A program made the position numbers and the translations under genes. From the IMG/VR virus record IMGVR_UViG_3300045125_000114: 56,833 nucleotides of DNA, one strand, 5' to 3'. Within the stretch, counting starts at the first letter, position 1, and each line of letters starts with the position of its first letter. The notes beneath the pieces were generated by a model. That model had not been told where the DNA came from, did no database searches, and saw only the letters and a list, made by a program, of their open reading frames with translations. This DNA is from an uncultured virus (IMG/VR IMGVR_UViG_3300045125_000114) (lineage: Duplodnaviria > Heunggongvirae > Uroviricota > Caudoviricetes). Positions 21,235 to 32,597 of the stretch are shown piece by piece.

Positions 21235-22817
21235 TTACAGAATCCCGGCCTGCGCCTCGCCAGCTTCACCAGCAGGTTCAGGATGTAATCCTGAAAGTCA
21301 CGAGCGAAGTCTGCGGCCCCGGTGACGTGGTAAGCGCCACCTCTTCAATCATCGTCACGAGCAACTGTTGGGTGAGTACGTTGTACCCGCCCGTCAGACT
21401 GCCGTATCCGGCAATATCGGAGTTGATGTAGGCCGTGCCGTCACGGTAAAAGCCGAGCGTCTGACTGCCGCCTTCCATGATCTTGCGGAAGCACTTGATG
21501 TTCGGCCGCTGCTTCCCGTTGGTCATGCCGTTCTTTTCGACAACGTCCCACACGAAATCCAACGCCGTCAGAGCATCGGGTGTGGCGTCAATGACCTCAC
21601 GCCCCTCACGGTCGTCTTGCGTCAGAACCTTTTCCGGCGTGCGAATGCCGTAAGTTTCAGCCGCCTTGACGAACGCTTCCGGTGCGGCAACCACCTTGTA
21701 GCCCTTGCGGACGGCAGTTCGGTGTTGCCCGGCGTGGCAATTACGCCATTTTCGCCACCGACCGCCTTGAACGCTTTCTGCCACACGACGGAACGGGCGG
21801 CGATCACATCGTTGCTGTCGTAAGTGGCACCAAGCCCGTAGTGGTCGAAATCATGCTCCCAATACTTCTGACCGTTGAAGGAATTCAGAAGGATTGCGAC
21901 GGTTTCGGCGTCGGCGTCCCGAACCGCCCGACCAGCGGCGTAGCGAACACGCCAATCGTCCACCTTGCGTGCCTCGTCCAGTTCCAAACTGTCGAGGTTG
22001 TAGTCGAACAGACTCGGCACTTCGCTGGACTCGAATTCACGGACACGAACGCCCTTGCGGTAAATCACCGCCGCCGTGCGGTTGCCGATGTTGCGGTTCT
22101 TCTTCGGGAGAATCGCCTTGTCGAGACTTTCCGGCTCACTGAAGTGAAGGAACCACTTGCCGATGTTGTTGTAAAATTCCAACACTTCGCTGTTGAGCGG
22201 CACGAAGAGCGGGTGCAGCCCGCCTTGGCACGAACCTGATTCTCTTCGACAACGCTGATCGACACGTTCTGGTAGTCACGGGCAGTCTTGCGGTATTCCT
22301 TCAGAGCAACCCGTGCCCGTTCCTTCCACTCGTAGGGGAATGTCGGCCTGCGGCTCGTGCTTGTAGTCGTTTTCGATGAACCACTTGCGAAGGAACTCTT
22401 CCTCGCCTTCCTGAATGGCACGGTCGATGGCGTTGGAAACGAACTCACGGAGAGCCAGTTCCACAGTGGCCCAATCGGTCGCCCCGTACTCAAGAACGAA
22501 GCCCAAATCCTCGGTGGCACTGCGAGACGTGTCGCCTTCCTTGCCACTGTACTTCACGGAAGACACGGGCGAATTCGTGGTCCCGGTGCCCGTCGTCCAC
22601 CTTTTGCGGACGGGTGCCGAAAGACATGCGAAGCGTCCCGGCGAAAATAACCGGGTCCAACTTGTTACGCAAGCATACGGCAACGCCGTGCTTCGATCCT
22701 GAGCCAAAAGTACCGATTGTACGACTATCTCGTGCACCGCTTCGTAGAAGCTCCCATCAAGGTAAAACTTTCCTTTGGGGCAACACCGGGGTTTTCAATT
22801 CGGAGGAATGCAGCCAT
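21235..22817 (-). CDS. GHKL/HATPase-like ATPase with permuted motif order (frameshifted)
   Basis: LRIENPG...LMGASTK...IGTFGSGSK (G boxes) precede ELALREFVSNAID (N box); C-terminal MIEEVA. Confidence 0.65.
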
Positions 22818-22844
22818 GTTCTATCTCCAGTAGTGGTTCGCAAA

Positions 22845-22881
22845 GAACAGACGGACCACAAATGGGTTGGTGCAACATCTT
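22845..22881 (-). promoter_or_regulatory. Bipartite repeat motif, copy 4
   Basis: AAGATGTTGCACC-aacccatttgtggt-CCGTCTGTTC upstream of the GHKL gene. Confidence 0.7.
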
Positions 22882-23460
22882 TTTGTGTGGGCAAACACCG
22901 TAGGCACGTTTTCCGAACTGACAATTCATACACAAGACTTGATAACCGCTAGGAAAACCTTCGTTTCTGAGCCAGATATAAAAACCCGAACCTGACTTGT
23001 TTATCGCTTTGCGATGGATAGTCCCGCCGCCGTCAATGTGGTCGATTGAAAGGAAAGAGATTTCAGTCTCTCCACAACATTCACAAAACAGCCGCCATAA
23101 GCCTCAAGCACCTCTCGTTTATTCTTCCATCGCTTGGCATAGTGCATGTCTACGCATTTCTGGCACCTTTTACCACTTGTTGCCGGACGGCACTTACAAT
23201 TCGCACACAAACCTTCCGAAACTGCCTTCCGACTCTTGTGCAGACACTCCAAACGACACTTGCTGCATTGTTTGTAATTTTCTTCGGCTGTTCTCTAGAC
23301 CGCACCTTGAGCAGAATCCTTCGGCTTTGGGTCTTTTCGGAACTTTCCTACCACGACATTTCTCGCATGAGCGAAGCTTTTTGCCGTCTTCTTCAACCAC
23401 GGGAAATCGGCCGCAGCGACCACAAAGACCTTGTTCGAGCCTTTTTTCATTCCAAGTCAT
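22870..23460 (-). CDS. HNH endonuclease with CxxC repeats (frameshifted)
   Basis: CGRC, CEKC, CSRC, CANC...EVLEAYGG.C.CCGE....LSIDHIDGGG...GYQVLCMNC. Confidence 0.8.
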
Positions 23461-23469
23461 GTGAACCTG

Positions 23470-23519
23470 CGTATTTGGAGTTGGCAACAATCAATATAGT
23501 GTTGCCAACTCCAAATACG
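23470..23519. repeat. Perfect 20-bp inverted repeat just upstream of the HNH start
   Basis: cgtatttggagttggcaaca / tgttgccaactccaaatacg with a 10-nt loop (CTATATTGAT on the minus strand). Confidence 0.9.
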
Positions 23520-23890
23520 AAGATTTATTCGGCCTTGAAAGCGAAGTGGTAGAAGTCGAACATGCCCGCCCTTTTCCCGGTGGTCGGCTTGTAGTCGGGA
23601 TCGTCCCAAATCAGGTTCACCCACCAGCAATTGCCGATGAACTTCAATTCAACGAAAGTACCGGTTTTGCCGCCGTGGATGCTTTTGTCGCCACTTTCTT
23701 TGGCTTCTTCAGTAAAGAGAAATCGGTCGCCCGGTTTCCAGTTCTCTCGAATGAAACTGCGTGACGTAGTTGTACGCAGCCATCCTCTGGCACGCCACTC
23801 TGCCGGTTCGGTAATCACCGGGGGGACGGGGGCGAATCGCCGGAGTGTTTGGATGAGCGTAATAGGGCACGCCAGTGTTGTTGAACCCAC

Positions 23891-24286
23891 TCAAGAGTCA
23901 CCTCCTAGCGAGGGGACGAATTGACCTCTACTATAAGAAGGGTCGGGAACAGGGTCGAGTGGTAACAGAATTTCAATTTTTTCTGCCAAATCCATGACTT
24001 CTACTTCCAAGTTTTGGTTTGTGGCACGGTCCCGGCGCTCGGCAACTGTCCGTAGCTTGACACGAACCGCTTTGCCGCCAACGATGTAGACCTTGCCGAT
24101 TTCCAAATTGCCCATTTGCTTGAGAAGGCCCATCTGATTCAGAAGTTCCTTCTCGGCCTTGTCTTTTTCTTCGGCAGCACGGCGGGCCTGCTCACGCAGG
24201 TTCGCAATGTTCCGAAGTAAATCCTTGACAGGCCCGCCGTTAAGTGTGTCGTCAAGAAGACCCAAACGAGGCATTTCTTCGTTCAT
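23891..24286 (-). CDS. Hypothetical coiled-coil protein
   Basis: 131-aa ORF following an intergenic hairpin at about 24303-24335. Confidence 0.55.
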   Translation of the reverse strand: MNEEMPRLGLLDDTLNGGPVKDLLRNIANLREQARRAAEEKDKAEKELLNQMGLLKQMGNLEIGKVYIVGGKAVRVKLRTVAERRDRATNQNLEVEVMDLAEKIEILLPLDPVPDPSYSRGQFVPSLGGDS

Positions 24287-24339
24287 TTTGCACCAATACA
24301 GAAGAACAGAACCGGCAAATGGCCGGTTCTGTTGTTCAC

Positions 24340-25140
24340 TCAGTCGTTACCGGCAAGTTTTTGCCGCAGACGGAGCATTTCGATGTACAACCAAACCAGC
24401 GTTACCATCAGGCCCGAAAGCCCCGTACCACTCGTACCACTTCGGAGCCTTGTCTTCGGCCGCTTGGACAATTTCATCGAAATCGAACACGAGGGAAATC
24501 GCCCCGACCACCACGATGCCCATTTGCAGCAAATGCCCCAAGTGCCGTTGCTGTGAACGACCGGAACATACGATCCGAACAGCCGCATCACGCTGTCGGT
24601 CATGTAGAGACAAAGAATCCCCAACATCGCCACCAACAGAATCACGGCCAATTTTTGGGTCGGCGTGATTAAACCGGTAGAGTAAAGCACCAGCATCGAC
24701 AGCGCCGTGCCAAACACGCCGACCGTGGCCTCAATTACGATGCCCGGATATTTTGCTTCAAAACCTGCCGAAATCGCCCCAAGCGCCAAACCCTCACATG
24801 CGGCATAAAGCCGGGGCAGGAAAGGTGCCGAACGTTTCCAGAAAATTACCACCATCGCCACGACAGAAGCCGACCAAAATCCCGCCCGTTGCCAGACCGA
24901 TCACGTTGTTCGGAATGCTGATTGAATCAGGCGGCTTATTCCCCGCTGCCTCGGCAGCGACTTTTGCTTGAGCAAACTGTTCGGAATAGCCCTGCGTCGA
25001 AAGGTGCCAGGTGAAGCCGAACGTCACGGCTAAAATGGCAAACAACACAATCGACTTGAAAGCGGTTCCGACCACGGTCGCACGATTGGAAGTGTCGTGA
25101 TCCAGTGGTCCGTCGTACTCGTTCAACGCTGGATTACTCA
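24340..25140 (-). CDS. Bax inhibitor-1/YccA family membrane protein (frameshifted)
   Basis: YAACEGLALGAIS..FEAKYPGIV..A...LYSTGLI...LVFDFDEI....KAPKWYEWYGAFGLMVTLVWLYIEMLRL. Confidence 0.85.
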
Positions 25141-25184
25141 GCCAGCTTTTTCCTTCGTCTCTTCGTCGGCCATGATGAACCCTC

Positions 25185-25555
25185 GTAATTAGAAACTACC
25201 TGTGCTTCGCCGGGTTTCAGTTTTTCTTTTCGACTTTGTAACCCAATTCTTCTGCGAGCATCTTCAGAAAGCCGAATGCGGTCAGCTTCTTCGTGGTGCC
25301 GCCCAGCGCCATAAACAGAACCCAATACGCTGGCGAAATTGCACATCCCGACGGCCACCACAGTGGTTTCGTCGGCGTGATGGGCTTCGATTACGGATGC
25401 GGCGTTGACGTGGCACCCGGCCCGAACATCAACCCGGCCCGGCATCATATGAATCGAACGAATGGCGTCAGCCAAACGCTTGCCGAAATCGGGGTCACTT
25501 TCGATTTCGGCAAGAACCATCGTTCAGAACGATCACAGTTGTATTGTAACCCATT
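25185..25555 (-). CDS. Hypothetical phage protein
   Basis: MGYNTTVIVLND..AEIESDPDFGKRLADAI...VIEAHHADETTVVAVG. Confidence 0.55.
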
Positions 25556-25978
25556 ATCCCCTCACTGTAACGTGAGACTTGCATTCCGGGCAGACGATAT
25601 AGCACCAAGTATCCATTTCGCCCATCGAACACTCCGGAACCGGTCTTAACGTCTTTTTTGTAGAAAGCTAGTTTAGCCCCACAGTCGGTGCAAGTGGCGT
25701 GTTTCTGTTGGCCGGTATCCTGACCGATCTTGCGGACGCCCTTGGGCTTTTCAGACATCGTTTCTCGAATGATGCGGCGAAACAGTTCGGCCTGAATCTT
25801 GTCAGACTCGGCCATTATTTCATCAAAGCGACCGACCGTAAACCTTTGCTTTTTCGTCGTATTCGGCGACAAGTTCCTCAAGGCGAGGCCATGAGGATGC
25901 TTTCCAGGGCCAACATCTGAGGGGTGAACCACACCGCCATCCGATCAGTGATGGCGGCGGTCAATTCTTTGGCGTCCA

Positions 25979-27017
25979 TTACGCTACCTTTCGCTGGGCA
26001 CACACGAACCTTCTCGTGTGCGTTCTTGAGGGCGATTGCCGTCCACATGCGAGTGTACGGTTCTCCGGTGTTGGGGTTGAGCGTGTTTCGGGCCACGTCA
26101 GCCTGCCACCCGTAGTAAGGGTTGAGCGAAGTTTCCAGCACCTTCCGCTCGAAATCGGTCAGGTCGGCGCAGCTCGATGGCGTCACGCGAACGCTGACGA
26201 TTGTGGCGGTGCGATCCGCCCGCTCGACATTGCGTAGAGCGGTGTAGTCGTTGGGCACGTCAGTCGCTCGAAGCACCGACGCCAGCCCCAAAGGTTGTTG
26301 TGGCCGGTGATCTGCGATTCGGTGTAGACCTTCGCCATGATGGTAGACAACGACTTGTACTGTTCGTCGCTCAACCCCATCCGCTCACAAACTTGGTCGA
26401 AAGTCACTCGGTCGTTGAACGACTTGCGAGTATCCTCGAATTTCGCCAACAGCATCGAAAGGTCGGGATTCGTCAGAGGGCACGGCGGGTTGTTGCCGTT
26501 CGTTGACGTAAATCATCCGATTGTTGCAGGGTCGCCCAAGCGAACGATGTGAACTTGACGCCGAAACTGTCGTTGCCCGTAGATTGCGTCCAACAAGGGC
26601 GATGTACGCCTCGTTGTTGTAATCTCCCAGCGACATGCCGCTGCCCGGTTCGTTCTGGCAGAACCAGCGGCGAGCGTGTTTGCGGGCGAGACGGCCGAGA
26701 ACCCACAGAGCATTGCGTACTCGACGGTTCGGTTGTCCAGTTCGGTCAGTTCGTCCATGTGGATCGAAATGATGAACTTGCGGCTTCTTGGCGGAAATCT
26801 TGCAGCTTTTCGGCGGGGACAGAAGCTTCAAGATCGGACGCGTACCTTGCGGTCACGAACGCCCTTGAACAGTTTGCTTGCGGAACTCTCGTGCCTTGCA
26901 GATCACCGAGGATAAGCAGGCCCACTTCGCCAACAGGCCGTTCGCCTTCACGATTTTTTCGAGGCGGGCTTCTTCTTGCTTCTTCGTCAGCTTGACGTAG
27001 GGGACCATGTCCGTCAT
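25979..27017 (-). CDS. Sigma-70 family RNA polymerase sigma factor (multiply frameshifted)
   Basis: Joined frames: LTKKQEEARL (region 1.2-like), LARKHARRW...MSLGDYNNEAYIALLDAIYG.DSFGVKFTSFAW (region 2), TFDQVCERMGLS (region 3), LTDFERKVL...QADVAR (region 4); GGAG SD. Confidence 0.75.
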
Positions 27018-27111
27018 TTTTTCACTCCGACTGTGGATTAAGAACGTCGCAGATACCCGACACTCAGTTCGGGGGTGAGGTTCGCTGTCGCATGCGAACC
27101 TCACACAAAAA

Positions 27112-27147
27112 GCGGAACGGGGCCGAACCCCGTCCGGTGCAACATCT
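27112..27147 (-). promoter_or_regulatory. Bipartite repeat motif, copy 5 (variant, hairpin) upstream of the sigma gene
   Basis: AGATGTTGCACC-ggacggggttcggcc-CCGTTCCGC followed by TTTTT. Confidence 0.55.
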
Positions 27148-28279
27148 CACGCCGATTGTTGACGGCGTGCCTCTCGGTCGGCAATTTCTGCCGACCGAAT
27201 TTCAGCCACTTCCGCTCGCCCCTCACGCTCGTCCAGGGCGATCCGAAGAGGCTTCCGCCGGATCGTCAGAAATACCCATCACTTCGGCCAGCGGCTGGAG
27301 GCCGTTCACGGTTGTCTAGAGGCGTCTTATCGAATAACGCCACAACGTCCTTCAGACTCTTTACCCGCCGACGCCGCCGCTCTGGTTGTACAGTCACAAT
27401 AGCAGGGTCTTGGCTGGTAGCCAAATCAATTTGGGCGGTTTCCGGTTTTTCTTCTGTCCCGACTGCTACCAGCGCTAGGCACTGGGCTGCTCCTGAGTTT
27501 CGGCAGTGTTTTTGGCCTGAGTAGCCAAGCCGCACCCGCCTTTTTGCAGAAGCGGGTCAGATCACGCCGCCCGGCCTTGTGGTTGGCGTCAACTTGCTTT
27601 GTCCCCGTCGGTCAGATATACCAGTGCGGCCCGACTGCGGACCCAATGGTAATCCTTGCGGAGCTTGGCGGCAATTTCCTTGAGGGTATACGGACGCCCC
27701 TTCGGATTTTTTCCTCGAGTTATAAAAGCGGGTTCGGTTCGCCGCCGGGCAGAGTCGGCTTCACAGTTGCCCAGGTTGATCCGGGTTGTGAGCATTTCGT
27801 TGAACGTGGCTGCAAGGTCGAGCGGGTGCATATCGTCCCGCTCGATATTCTCGACAACGGCCAGTTCAAAAAGCCTCGTCAAGAGTCATCTTCAGGGCAA
27901 CGACGGCCCGAACTTTTTGGGCGACACCGGTTTCGGCTTCAATAAGACCCCACGCCAAAGTGCGGCACTCGCCCTGCACAATACCGCGTAGCGATCTTCG
28001 CCACCGGACTCGAACCGACGAACCAGAATGGCCTGAATCTGCCCGCTGGCCTTGACTACTTTCGGCCCGCTGGCGGATGTGCGGGAAAATTGGCGTCTAT
28101 GTGGGCAACGAGAAGCCGCCCGCTTCTCGGCGTCATTGTGTGCGGCCCTTGGCCCCATGGAACTTTTCCAGAAGGCCACGGTGCAGTGGCGGGGATTTTT
28201 GCGAAGTGGTAATCAGGCTCAGAAGAATGGGTTCTTCCTTCTTCTCGCCACGAGCGTAGTTGACCGTGTTGTTCGACAT
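27147..28279 (-). CDS. ParB/Spo0J-like protein (frameshifted)
   Basis: GQIQAILVR...RYAVIAG; ELAVVENIERDDMHPLDLAATF; HTH YTLKEIAAKLRKDYHWV. Confidence 0.72.
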
Positions 28280-28735
28280 TGCGGTTCCGAGGGTATAAGG
28301 GGTGGTACGCAGAAACCGGGCGGCGGAAATTGCCGTGCGGTGCAGCTTATCTTTACGCCGTCTTTTTGGCATTTCCCAAAAGCAACCGGGCGAACGATTC
28401 GACCTGCGCCGTGCGTGGGCGGATCGAGTTGAATCGTCACACTTTCGCCTAATTTCAACTTTGTGTGCAGTTCCTTGAAGGGAACTTTTTCCTCGACCAG
28501 TTGTGCGTGCGAACCGATTCGACCCTTGCTGACAAATTCGCCGACCTCGCCGACATAAATGGCGTCGTCCCAGATGTAATTTTCCGGGCAGTAATTCGGG
28601 TCTTTCGTGTGCAGCGGTAACTTCGACAGTCGCCGCCACCCGGCATGGCATAAATGATGGTGCCGAAAAGTTCTGCGTGACGGTCGGAATACCAGCGTGA
28701 AGCATTTTCCCCTCAGTTAATTGGACTTCGCAAAA

Positions 28736-28775
28736 TACCAGACGGCGAAATTGCCGTCTGGTGAATGTTCACTCT
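28736..28775 (-). promoter_or_regulatory. Bipartite repeat motif, copy 6 (variant, hairpin)
   Basis: CATTCACC-agacggcaatttcg-CCGTCTGGTA. Confidence 0.6.
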
Positions 28776-29029
28776 TCGGAATCTCCAAAAGCCTGCTCCC
28801 AACCTTTTGGAGACATTCCGCTCAAAGGAACTCTCGGTCGTCCTTGCTCAAAGAAGGCATGGCATCCTGAATCAAGCGCCCCCGGCTCGGTAGGCGAACA
28901 GTTCTTCCGCTTTTACCGTGACGCTGTACTCTTCGTCAGTTACCACACACCGCCCGGTAAAGGTGTAGGTGTGCGGGTCGTAAGACTCACGGACGGTGCA
29001 ACAGCTATCTGCATAACGCATGAGCGACC

Positions 29030-29314
29030 TCAGATTTTGACGATTGTGAATAATGGGGCGATGTTGTACGGCGACGGCTTGTCCCACTTGCCGTGGGAGT
29101 TGTAATTCACCAAAACCTCATCGCCCTCTTGTGGCTCGAAGGCGAAACAGCCGTTGGCGAAACCGACTTCGTCGCCGACCTTGTAAGGACTTCGGCCCTC
29201 CCCGGCCAGATATTCCTTGACCAGAACGGCCCACCCCATCTGATGGTTGGGCGGGTCGGGGCAATTGTAAGTTCGCTTGGTAACGACGGCTCGGAAGGTC
29301 GATGTTTCGGACAT
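29030..29314 (-). CDS. Hypothetical protein
   Basis: 94-aa intact ORF directly downstream of motif copy 7, with AAGGA SD. Confidence 0.6.
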   Translation of the reverse strand: MSETSTFRAVVTKRTYNCPDPPNHQMGWAVLVKEYLAGEGRSPYKVGDEVGFANGCFAFEPQEGDEVLVNYNSHGKWDKPSPYNIAPLFTIVKI

Positions 29315-29341
29315 TTCTGGTTCCTTGTGGGTTCACGCAAT

Positions 29342-29378
29342 GACCAGACGGCGAAAGTTCCGTCTGGTGCAACATCTT
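29342..29378 (-). promoter_or_regulatory. Bipartite repeat motif, copy 7 (hairpin)
   Basis: AAGATGTTGCACC-agacggaactttcg-CCGTCTGGTC. Confidence 0.72.
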
Positions 29379-29382
29379 CGGA

Positions 29383-29691
29383 TTAGAAATGCGGGTCTTG
29401 GTGCATACTGCGGTGCCCCACAATGAAGCACGTCCACTTGGCGGGCTGACCCACTTCGTACCAGCGGCCATCTTTACGAAGACTGATGGTGTACTCGGAA
29501 CCGTTGGGATTCGGCTCGTACTGGTATTCTTGTTGTTCGGAAAGACCGTTGCTGTCAGTTCGGGTCGCTTTGTCCATTTGGACAACGATCCGCTTGGGAC
29601 TCAGAATCTTTACCACAGTAAACGGGTAGCGGTCGCTCCCGACGTACTTGGTGGCACCCATACCGACTTCGACTTGGACTTGATCTGCCAT
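29383..29691 (-). CDS. Hypothetical phage protein
   Basis: VGMGAT...SDRYPFTVV...QEYQYEPNPNG...LRKDGRW...DPHF; flanked on both sides by motif copies. Confidence 0.7.
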   Translation of the reverse strand: MADQVQVEVGMGATKYVGSDRYPFTVVKILSPKRIVVQMDKATRTDSNGLSEQQEYQYEPNPNGSEYTISLRKDGRWYEVGQPAKWTCFIVGHRSMHQDPHF

Positions 29692-29713
29692 TTTCGGACC
29701 CTCGTGTGGTAAG

Positions 29714-29750
29714 AACCAGACGGAGGGCGAACTGCTCGGTGCAACATCTT
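29714..29750 (-). promoter_or_regulatory. Bipartite repeat motif, copy 8
   Basis: AAGATGTTGCACC-gagcagttcgccct-CCGTCTGGTT. Confidence 0.72.
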
Positions 29751-29788
29751 CCTCGGATTTTCAAAACGCCGGGGAACGGCACATGGGG

Positions 29789-29817
29789 ATACTACTACGT
29801 CAATCGACGGTAGTAAA
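29789..29817 (-). promoter_or_regulatory. Sigma70-like promoter
   Basis: TTTACT-N17-TAGTAT at the head of a minus-strand array. Confidence 0.5.
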
Positions 29818-30119
29818 GTCTAAAAGGTCTGACTCGTCTTGTGTATCTTTGTTCAGTATGATTCGTCTAGTTTTTGGGCAGATGTGGATTTGGAGGCCGG
29901 AGCGAGCGAGTTTGCGTTTGGCGACAAGAACGGAAGCAGAAGAAATCGGAAATCTCTTCCGGCGTATTGGAAGAAAGGTCGAAGCGAAGGGTTTTGTCGG
30001 CGTGTTGGGTCATTCAGCCTCACTATTAGGGGAAATTTGACGGCACAAGGTCTATTATTTAGCATGAAGGGCCACTTTTCCCCGCACGAAAACTACATAC
30101 TTGTTGAAAGCGAGGCCCA

Positions 30120-30516
30120 ATGGGAAGACACCAAAAAATAGTCGCCTTCGACTTCGATCAAACGCTCTGTATGGACGGCGGCGTACCCAATGAAGAAATG
30201 TTGCAAATAGTCCACCGGCACGCTGCTGAGGGCTATAAGTGCTACATAGTTACGGCCCGAAACCGTGACCACGAGAACCCAAAATGGATCCAAAGAAAAC
30301 GAGCCGGAAAGGGTGCGAGTGAAGGACTTTATCAAGGAACACGGTCTTCCGATCAAACAGTGCCACTTCACGGACCACGAACTGAAGGGGCCGACGCTTT
30401 ACCGTATCGGGGCTTGTCGATTTTATGACGACAGACCCGAACACATTCGCTCGGCAAAAGAACACGGAATCGAGGCGATATTAGTCAAGGCGAAGGAGCA
30501 AAATGGCGACAGTTAA
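30120..30516 (+). CDS. HAD-superfamily phosphatase (frameshifted)
   Basis: IVAFDFDQTL (motif I), YIVTAR (II), K (III), FYDD (IV). Confidence 0.8.
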
Positions 30517-31198
30517 AGAAATCATAACCAAAATTATCGTTCACACCAAAGCTTCCCCGCCCACGATCCGTTGGAACAAGGTTATGGCTACTCCCAAGCC
30601 GTACACTGCCGACGCCATTTACAGTGTGGACCCAGAAACCAATGCAATCGGTTGGTACAGCAAAGTGAAATTGGACCCGGCAAAAATCATAGATGAAACT
30701 TTTGTCGGCAAAATATATGTCGCAGGCCAACACGTCAACACTTTGACCGACACCGGAGCGGCCGACGTGGTTACTACGTCTGACGATTTCGACCTGAGCA
30801 TTATTGACACCACCGCACCCTACAAAGTTACATACGCCAAACTCGACAAGGTGAACGGCGATTTGGAAATTAAATGGAGCAGTTTCAGGACCGAACACAA
30901 ATTACATGCCGTTTACGATTACACCAAGGCCGATTCAGAATTGGGCGACACTGGCGTGATCTATTACACGGGCGACACACCGTTCGAGGCGAAAGAAGAA
31001 TTCGATTGGGGGATTAGTGTCGCCTGGACGAAAAAGAGCGATTCGAGCAATATGAAAAACAAAAAAATGATACTTTACTCGAACCGTGACCCTTATTTCA
31101 CTTTGGAGCCGGACAGCGGCACAAATGACTCAAAGAACTTGACGAACTTTTCAAAGCGATACAATTGTGGTATCTTGAATCGTTCAAATATTTCTTGA
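30503..31198 (+). CDS. Hypothetical protein, possibly virion-associated
   Basis: Intact 231-aa ORF with AAGGAG SD in a plus-strand island. Confidence 0.65.
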   Translation: MATVKEIITKIIVHTKASPPTIRWNKVMATPKPYTADAIYSVDPETNAIGWYSKVKLDPAKIIDETFVGKIYVAGQHVNTLTDTGAADVVTTSDDFDLSIIDTTAPYKVTYAKLDKVNGDLEIKWSSFRTEHKLHAVYDYTKADSELGDTGVIYYTGDTPFEAKEEFDWGISVAWTKKSDSSNMKNKKMILYSNRDPYFTLEPDSGTNDSKNLTNFSKRYNCGILNRSNIS

Positions 31199-31416
31199 AC
31201 GGGCTGACTGAACCAGATACAACGCTAACGGGCGACGAAATCTTATCTTAAATGAGGGACTTATGGACTTCTGCTCAATCTTATTTGTGGCTGCGATTGT
31301 TGTTCTTTTGCTCGGCAGTCTCGGAGAGGAATAACTATGGAATGGTATCTTATTTTTGCAGCTTTTTTGGCGTTCGCATTTTTCATTATCATGTTGGCCG
31401 GAAGAGGACTGAAGTT

Positions 31417-32109
31417 ATGGAACGAGTCAGCATCACAAGTGGTAAGCAACCGATCCTTATTGTTTCTCCACACGGGTATAAGAACGACGACGAAAATACC
31501 GCAACAGTCGCCGAAGCAATTGCGAGCGTTTTGAATTGCTACGCCGTAATCAATCGAGGATGGGAACGGGCCGATGACGTTGACATTTTCAACGACAAAG
31601 CCGACTTGCAACAACGTCTCGCACTGCCACGAAGATGTTGTAAAGGACGAGTTCCTTGATCCCATCCTTCGATTCCGGGCAAGAATACTGAAGCGGTACA
31701 CCAAAGTTCATATGTACCTCATTCACGGGATGTCGGACAAGCACCGCATCAAAGCCAACGATCCGAGCCTCGATATTGTTGTAGGCTACGGTGCTGGCAG
31801 TCCAGATTCCTACTCTTGCGACCCGTGGCGAAAAGACGCATTCATCAATCTGCTAAAAGATAACGGGCTGTGCGCCTACGAAGGCAAAAAGGGCGGGCAG
31901 ATGAGCGGTTGGGCGAAAAACAACATGAACCAACTGTTCAGAAAATGGTACACCGACCCGGCAGTTCAGTCCATGCAAATCGAAATTGTTCACGAACTTC
32001 GAGCCGACAACGACACTGCCCAGCTTACCGCTGAATATCTGGCCGTAGCCATGAGCGATATGCTGGGCAAACCGGTTATAACGGAAACAACCGCAACAAA
32101 CAGTATTAA
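31417..32109 (+). CDS. N-formylglutamate amidohydrolase-like protein (frameshifted)
   Basis: PILIVSPHG, YLIHGM, DIVVGYG, SMQIEI pattern. Confidence 0.55.
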
Positions 32110-32113
32110 CTGC

Positions 32114-32597
32114 TTATTCTTCGCCCTTCTTGAGATACTTGTTCAAGAAATCTTTGTCGTCCTGAGTGAGTTCGAGGTTATTGAGGCAAACGGTCAATCG
32201 TCCAGTCGGCGTTAAAGTAAATGAAATTATTCTGCCCGTTTCTGATCTGAAGGAAGTTTTCCTGTTGAACGGTCGCCAACAGTGTAATCCTGTCGCCGTT
32301 CCACTTGATTCGCCGATCAATGTCCGCAAATTGTTGTTTGTTTTCAGCCTTCATACGCTCAAAATCCGCACGCAACGCTTTGACCTGAAGATCGTCAGCT
32401 TTTTGCAAAGGATTATCGGGCGGGGAAAGTGGCTGATTCGGCACCGAAGCCGTGGGCTTGCCTTTGAACCAGTTGGTCACACCGCCCGTCTTGACTTCGT
32501 AAGCAAGAAGGACTGCTCCCAACAAAAACGCAATGATAATGGCGTATGACATGAAAGGCGGCTTTCTGGCCGACTCAACGCCCTGAATTTGATTCAT
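32114..32597 (-). CDS. Membrane-anchored coiled-coil protein
   Basis: TM YAIIIAFLLGAVLLAY followed by a coiled coil; AGGAC-type SD. Confidence 0.55.

Noticed and set aside
1028..29750. The repeated motif as a CRISPR array
   Set aside because: Copies are dispersed, separated by whole genes and have variable interiors; there is no regular repeat-spacer period and no cas gene.
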